The notes below the pieces were generated by a model, which was given only the letters and a program-made list of their open reading frames with translations, made no database searches and was not told the DNA's origin. Source: Flavobacteriales bacterium (GTDB lineage: Bacteria > Bacteroidota > Bacteroidia > JANQJC01). From it: DNA of 64,000 bases. This document shows, piece by piece, positions 58,847-64,000 of this stretch; position 1 is the stretch's first letter; every line of letters starts with the position of its first letter. Location of the stretch: assembly GCA_028281825.1 (NCBI GenBank), contig JANQJC010000009.1, forward strand, positions 8,138-72,137. Direction: 5' to 3'. The translations under genes were made by a program, and so were the position numbers.

Positions 58847-60189
58847 TGGGAAAGATTGGATTAATTATAAAGAGGGAATATCTGACCCGTGTAAAGAAAA
58901 GGTCATTCATCATTATGACCCTTTTAGGGCCATTGCTAATGGGCAGTATCGCTATTGTGCCTGCCTGGCTGGCTATGCAAAATGAGGAAGTTCAGGAAGT
59001 GATAGTGGTTGACGAGAGCTATGTGTTTATTGGTGGACTGCAAGAAACTGAAAGCCTTAAGTTTTTCTATAAACCTGGTGTTTCAAGGCAAGAGGCGAAG
59101 GAAGCACTACTTGAGGATAAGTATAATGCCTTGCTTTATATCCCTGCTAATATTTTATCCTCAAACGCGGTGGTGCTGGAGTATAAGAAGAACCCCGGGG
59201 TGAGCACGGTTTACCAAATTGAGAAAGGTATTGAAGATAAACTAATTGAATATAAGTTCAAGAAATCGGGAATTGAAAAGGAGTGGTTGGACAATACCAA
59301 GAAGCAGTCGCAAATCACCATGGATACCCAAAAAATAAACCAAGCTGGCAAAGGTAAGACTGACAAAACATTGGTGAGTACTGGTGTTGGGATGTTTGCT
59401 GGTATTCTTATATACATATTCATCTTTTTGTATGGGGCACAGGTGATGCGCGGTGTGATTGAGGAGAAAACAAGCAGGATTGTAGAAGTAATCATTTCTT
59501 CAGTTAAGCCCTTTCAACTGATGATGGGTAAAATTACTGGTGTGGCTATGGTTGGCCTTACCCAGTTTTTACTGTGGGTTATGCTCACCTTTTTGGTGAT
59601 AACAGCGGTAATGTCGGCTTTTGGTGGCTCAGCTGTAACTCCAATGAAAAAAGGAACGCCGATGGAAGAGATTATGGGAGTGCAAAGTCAGGCCCAACCT
59701 AGTCCTATGGATGAAATTACTTCCACCGCTCCTGATAAACTGCTGGATAACCTGTTCGGGCATATTAGCATCCCGACTATCTTATTATCGTTTATATTCT
59801 ACTTTATAGGTGGATACCTGCTCTATGGAGCGTTTTTTGCGGCTATTGGCGCCGCCGTAGACAATGAGGCAGATACTCAGCAGTTTATGCTGCCCATCAC
59901 CATACCGCTCATTTTTTCCTTTGTAATGGCACAATTTGTTATCAATAACCCTGAGGGTCCAGTAGCTTTTTGGTTGTCTGTGATACCATTTACTTCTCCT
60001 GTAATTATGATGGTAAGGCTGCCGTTTGGTGTTCCACTACCTGAGTTGTTGCTATCCATGGGAGTACTAATAGCTGGTTTTGTATTTACCACCTGGTTGG
60101 CTGGCAAAGTGTACCGTGTGGGTATATTGATGTATGGTAAAAAGCCTACCTACAGGGAATTATGGAAATGGCTTTTCTATAGGGGATAA
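58846..60189 (+). CDS. ABC-2 transporter permease with large N-terminal extracytoplasmic domain
   Basis: An N-terminal transmembrane segment is followed by a ~150-aa loop and five or six C-terminal helices. The start codon overlaps the ATPase stop. Confidence 0.65.
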   Translation: MGKIGLIIKREYLTRVKKRSFIIMTLLGPLLMGSIAIVPAWLAMQNEEVQEVIVVDESYVFIGGLQETESLKFFYKPGVSRQEAKEALLEDKYNALLYIPANILSSNAVVLEYKKNPGVSTVYQIEKGIEDKLIEYKFKKSGIEKEWLDNTKKQSQITMDTQKINQAGKGKTDKTLVSTGVGMFAGILIYIFIFLYGAQVMRGVIEEKTSRIVEVIISSVKPFQLMMGKITGVAMVGLTQFLLWVMLTFLVITAVMSAFGGSAVTPMKKGTPMEEIMGVQSQAQPSPMDEITSTAPDKLLDNLFGHISIPTILLSFIFYFIGGYLLYGAFFAAIGAAVDNEADTQQFMLPITIPLIFSFVMAQFVINNPEGPVAFWLSVIPFTSPVIMMVRLPFGVPLPELLLSMGVLIAGFVFTTWLAGKVYRVGILMYGKKPTYRELWKWLFYRG

Positions 60190-60194
60190 ACCAG

Positions 60195-61133
60195 GTGATG
60201 AGCAGGATAGCTATAATTGATCTGGGGACCAATACCTTTAATCTACTTATAGTTGAAAGTGGAGAGGGTAGCAGTTATCAAATTTTGTATTCAGACAAGC
60301 TGGCAGTAAAGCTTGGGCAGGGTGGAATAGATAAGAAACAAATTGCACCTGAGCCTTTCCAAAGAGGTATTGATGCTATCAGGCAATACCTTAAAGTTGC
60401 CAGTAAACACGGGGTAGAAAGGGTTTTTGCTTTTGGTACTTCGGCTATTAGGAGTGCAGAAAACGGAAAAGATTTTACGGCTGCCGTGAAATCTGAGACG
60501 GGGGTAGATGTTAAGGTAATAGATGGGAATACTGAAGCACACTATATTTACTATGGAGTTAGGCAGGCTCTGAATTTGGGTAAGGAGACCTCATTGATAA
60601 TGGATATAGGAGGGGGTAGCACAGAGTTTATTCTGTGCAATGAGAATGAGGTATTTTGGAAAGCCAGTTTTGATTTAGGTGTCACCCGACTGATGGAGAA
60701 ATTTACGCCTGAAGACCCTCTTTCTTTAGATGATGTGCTTCAATTTGAGGCTTATTTTGAAGAGGTTTTGAAACCACTTTTTGAGGCAGTGGGGCAATAC
60801 CCAACCGATGTATTAGTTGGTTCGTCTGGTTCATTTGACTCGTTTGCAGAAATGATTGCCTGGCAAATGCATAATCCACGGGTGCTTGAAGGTAAAACGG
60901 GTTATGAATTCGATTTGCACGAATTTTATCGACTGCATCAATACCTACTTGTTTCTACTTTGGAAGAGCGCCTGCAAATGAAGGGCCTAATACAAATGCG
61001 AGCGGATACCATTGCTTTGGCGGGTGTATTTGTCAATTATATTCTTCAGAAACTTCATATCAACAGGATGAGGCTATCTACCTATGCCTTGAAAGAAGGG
61101 GTGGTGAGTTTACTGCTGAGTGGACAGCTATAA
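60195..61133 (+). CDS. Ppx/GppA-family phosphatase (exopolyphosphatase / pppGpp phosphohydrolase)
   Basis: The N-terminal actin-like fold motif is IAIIDLGTNTFNLLI, with DIGGGSTEF further on. Confidence 0.8.
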   Translation: MMSRIAIIDLGTNTFNLLIVESGEGSSYQILYSDKLAVKLGQGGIDKKQIAPEPFQRGIDAIRQYLKVASKHGVERVFAFGTSAIRSAENGKDFTAAVKSETGVDVKVIDGNTEAHYIYYGVRQALNLGKETSLIMDIGGGSTEFILCNENEVFWKASFDLGVTRLMEKFTPEDPLSLDDVLQFEAYFEEVLKPLFEAVGQYPTDVLVGSSGSFDSFAEMIAWQMHNPRVLEGKTGYEFDLHEFYRLHQYLLVSTLEERLQMKGLIQMRADTIALAGVFVNYILQKLHINRMRLSTYALKEGVVSLLLSGQL

Positions 61134-61203
61134 TTTGGAATGAGATTGCTTCGTCATTCTTCCTCGCAAGGACGGTATTTTGTAGGTACACTTTGTACTT
61201 CGA

Positions 61204-62511
61204 ATGGAACTTTCTACATTCGCTTTAATGAACAGCCGCCTACAAAATTTTTTTAGAACATTAGGCCCGGGCATACTGTTTGCCAGCACTGCTATTGGAG
61301 TATCCCATTTGGTGCAATCCACCAGAGCTGGTGCTGCATATGGCTTTGCCTTGCTATGGGCAGTAGTAGCTGCCAACGTTTTTAAGTATCCCTTTTTCGA
61401 ATATGGCTCAAGATATGCCAGTGCTACAGGAGAGAGCCTAATAGATGGTTATCAGCGATTGGGAAAGTGGATGCTTTGGTTATATTTTTTAATTACACTG
61501 TGCTCCATGTTCTTTGTGTCGGCGGCTGTGGGAGCAGTTACAGCAGGTTTCTTTGACAACCTTCTGGGTATCTCAACCTGGATGCCTGGCTTTAAACTAT
61601 TACCCATAACTATCGTGTTTGTAGTGTGTATTGGGATATTGGCTTTTGGAAAGTATGGAGGCTTGGACGCGATTATCAAGTTGATAGGAGGGGTATTGTT
61701 GCTATCTACTCTTGTAGCTTTTGCTTTGACTTTATTCCATGGCCCTGTTGAACGTGTGCAGGGGTTTGTGACTCCAGATATTTGGGATGGGATACCTTTT
61801 TTAATCGCCTTGATGGGCTGGATGCCAACAGCAGTTGACCTATCAACCTGGAATAGCTTGTGGACCATTGAGAGAATTAAGCAAACAGGATATAGACCTA
61901 CCTTAAAGCAAACTTTGTTCGAGTTCAATCTAGGGTATTGGATATCAGCAGGACTTTCAATATGTTTTGTAACGCTCGGTGCTTACCTGATATATGGCAC
62001 AGGCCAATCAATGCCCAATGGAGGTGCGGCTTTCGCTAGTTGGGTGATTGAGCTTTATACTGCTACCATAGGTGATTGGAGTAATATCATCATTGCCGCT
62101 GCTGCTTTCTCAATTATGTTCGGTACGGCAATAGGGGTGTTTGATGGTTTCTCGCGTGCTTTAGAACGCACGACTGAATTGCTTTTTCTCAATAAAAAGG
62201 AAGCCACTGAAGCCTTAGGCAATAGTAAGTTTTATATGGGTTCTTTATTTGTTATTGGATTAGGGGCATATTCTATCATTGCCTATTTCTCGAATGACCC
62301 AAAGGGTTTTAGTAAGCTGGTTGACCTAGCTACTACACTTTCTTTTTTAATTGCACCCGTAATTGCAGTTGTGAATCTGATAGTAGTTTGTGGGCCTAAT
62401 GTACCTCAAGAAGCACGTCCTTCGTTAGGGATGAAAATACTCAGTTGGGCAGGAATTATCTTCCTTACTGGATTTGCAGTGTTCTACCTTTACACCTTAA
62501 GTAAACCCTGA
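61204..62511 (+). CDS. mntH: NRAMP-family divalent metal (Mn2+/Fe2+) transporter
   Basis: GPGILFASTAIGVSHLVQSTRAGAAYGF matches the Nramp TM1 DPGN-type region, where the conserved Asp is replaced by Gly-Pro-Gly. There are 11-12 transmembrane helices. Confidence 0.75.
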   Translation: MELSTFALMNSRLQNFFRTLGPGILFASTAIGVSHLVQSTRAGAAYGFALLWAVVAANVFKYPFFEYGSRYASATGESLIDGYQRLGKWMLWLYFLITLCSMFFVSAAVGAVTAGFFDNLLGISTWMPGFKLLPITIVFVVCIGILAFGKYGGLDAIIKLIGGVLLLSTLVAFALTLFHGPVERVQGFVTPDIWDGIPFLIALMGWMPTAVDLSTWNSLWTIERIKQTGYRPTLKQTLFEFNLGYWISAGLSICFVTLGAYLIYGTGQSMPNGGAAFASWVIELYTATIGDWSNIIIAAAAFSIMFGTAIGVFDGFSRALERTTELLFLNKKEATEALGNSKFYMGSLFVIGLGAYSIIAYFSNDPKGFSKLVDLATTLSFLIAPVIAVVNLIVVCGPNVPQEARPSLGMKILSWAGIIFLTGFAVFYLYTLSKP

Positions 62512-62627
62512 CAGGCTTTTTGCCTGGAATAAATGCGATTAACTTTCTATCTCAAAATTATGGGTCGCTTGTTAGGGTTATTTATGAAAAATTCTAACAA
62601 GGGTGTCAAACCCTTTCAGAGTTCAAT

Positions 62628-63785
62628 TTAATGAAAGTAGTCCTTCATCTTCTCGAAAAAGCCTTTGTCGCTTTTATCTGGCGCTGGCTTGAAATTTTCG
62701 GAGTCTCTTAACTTTTCCAATATCTTTTTCTCTTCGCTGCTTAGCTTCTTAGGAGTCCAAACGTTTACATTCACCAATTGGTCGCCATTACCATAAGCAT
62801 GAACATCAGGCAAGCCCTTACCGCGAAGCCTTAAAACTTTACCCGGTTGTGTACCAGGTTCAATTTTGATGCGTGCTTTTCCGTCAATAGTTGGTACATC
62901 TATGCTTGTGCCCAAAGCTGCATCAGTAAAGCTGATGAATAAATCATAGTATACATTGCTGCCATCCCTTTTCAGGTGCTCATGTTCCATCTCTTCTATA
63001 AGCACTATCAAGTCGCCGGGGATACCACCACGTGGAGCCGCATTGCCTTTTCCGTTAACGGATAGCTGCATTTCTGAAGAAACACCAGCAGGTATGTTTA
63101 TTTCAATTACTTCTTCACCCTTCACTACACCGTCACCATAGCATTTCTTACACTTGTGTTGTATGGTTTTTCCTTCACCACCACAGGTAGGACAGGTAGA
63201 AGTGGTTTGCATTTGTCCCAATATGGTATTGGAAATACGTGTAACCCGGCCCTGACCATTACAGGTAGAACAAGTGGAAAAACCAGCTCCTTTCTCCGCT
63301 CCTGTACCGTTGCACTCTTCACAAGCCACGTATTTGTTTACCTTAATTTTCTTGGTAACGCCCTTGGCGATTTCTTCAAGGGTGAGTTTTACTTTAACGC
63401 GAAGGTTAGAACCTCGATTTACGCGCCTTCCACCGCGCTGGCCACCAAAGCCACCACCACCAAAATGTCCACCAAAGATGTCCCCAAATTGCTCGAAAAT
63501 ATCTTCCATTGACATGCCGCCACCAGAGAAACCACCACCAAAGCCACCGCCAGCTGCGCCGCCAACACCAGCATGGCCATATTGGTCATAACGCTGCCGC
63601 TTTTGGGCATCCCTCAACACTTCATAGGCTTCTGCAGCCTCCTTGAATTTTTCCTCGGCCTCTTTATCGTCAGGGTTTTTATCAGGGTGGTATTTCAAAG
63701 CCAACTTACGATACGCCTTTTTTATCTCGCTATCGTCGGCTTTTTTGTCTATACCCAGTACGTCGTAATAATCTCTTTTAGCCAT
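62628..63785 (-). CDS. dnaJ: Molecular chaperone DnaJ
   Basis: The J-domain carries [14 protein letters not shown], the G/F-rich linker is present, there are four CxxCxGxG zinc-finger repeats, and the C-terminal domains are present. Confidence 0.92.
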   Translation of the reverse strand: MAKRDYYDVLGIDKKADDSEIKKAYRKLALKYHPDKNPDDKEAEEKFKEAAEAYEVLRDAQKRQRYDQYGHAGVGGAAGGGFGGGFSGGGMSMEDIFEQFGDIFGGHFGGGGFGGQRGGRRVNRGSNLRVKVKLTLEEIAKGVTKKIKVNKYVACEECNGTGAEKGAGFSTCSTCNGQGRVTRISNTILGQMQTTSTCPTCGGEGKTIQHKCKKCYGDGVVKGEEVIEINIPAGVSSEMQLSVNGKGNAAPRGGIPGDLIVLIEEMEHEHLKRDGSNVYYDLFISFTDAALGTSIDVPTIDGKARIKIEPGTQPGKVLRLRGKGLPDVHAYGNGDQLVNVNVWTPKKLSSEEKKILEKLRDSENFKPAPDKSDKGFFEKMKDYFH

Positions 63786-63787
63786 AA

Positions 63788-64000
63788 TTAGCTCCCTACA
63801 ATTACTTTAGCATAGCGCAAAACAATCCCATTCAGGTAATAGCCGCGCTCTATTTCATCTACTACTTTGCCTTTCAAGTCTTCACTTGGGGCTGGTATAT
63901 TGGTAATGGCTTCATGCAATTCGTCGTCAAAATCCTGCCCTTTTGCCGATTCCATTGGCTGCAATCCTTTGGCATGAAGACTATTTTTTAATTTGTGATA
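63788..64000 (-). CDS. grpE: Nucleotide exchange factor GrpE, C-terminal part (5' end beyond window)
   Basis: The reverse-strand frame ends ...[20 protein letters not shown]. Its stop lies 2 nt before the dnaJ ATG. This C-terminal pattern and the grpE-dnaJ arrangement are typical. Confidence 0.7.
   Translation of the reverse strand, partial: YHKLKNSLHAKGLQPMESAKGQDFDDELHEAITNIPAPSEDLKGKVVDEIERGYYLNGIVLRYAKVIVGS

Noticed and set aside
1-64000. Mobile elements, integrases, transposases, CRISPR arrays, tRNA or rRNA genes
   Set aside because: I found no transposase- or integrase-like ORF, no direct-repeat/spacer periodicity, and no tRNA-like sequence (no GGTTCGA[AT]TCC T-arm signatures) in the intergenic regions. 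The accessory locus therefore lacks obvious mobility markers within this window.

Overview
This 64 kb window looks like a Bacteroidota chromosome segment, probably a Cytophagia- or Flavobacteriia-like organism. Three lines of evidence support this: three proteins end in T9SS type-A C-terminal sorting domains, one giant PKD-repeat protein ends in a type-B (gliding-motility-associated) C-terminal domain, and TAnnTTTG -7 promoter boxes sit upstream of several genes. The flanks are ordinary housekeeping DNA: aroK, aroE, uvrB, glmM, a cysteine desulfurase, slyD, an NRAMP transporter, Ppx/GppA, and grpE-dnaJ. The centre, roughly 16.0-37.3 kb, is an accessory-looking locus of two divergent, tightly packed operons. 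It combines an ABC-2 exporter (Wzm/Wzt-like, with a C-terminal extension on the ATPase), several glycosyltransferases (one GT2, one DxD-type, one GT-C/ArnT-like membrane protein), a UbiA-family prenyl/phosphoribosyl-transferase-like protein, two membrane-anchored SGNH paralogs and an AsnB-type amidotransferase. It also carries a sugar N-acetyltransferase, a SAM methyltransferase, three radical-SAM enzymes (two of them tandem paralogs with an N-terminal SPASM-like Cys motif) and four Fe(II)/2-oxoglutarate-type oxygenases (PhyH-like, Asp/Asn beta-hydroxylase-like, TauD-like, JmjC/cupin-8). I found no precursor peptide, integrase, transposase, CRISPR array or tRNA. The locus is best read as an uncharacterised Wzm/Wzt-dependent glycoconjugate pathway with unusually heavy oxidative and radical tailoring. 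A second notable item is a phosphosulfolactate synthase (ComA-family) fused to a rhodanese domain, next to a DUF368 membrane protein. All functional calls come from motifs recognised by eye; no database searches were run.
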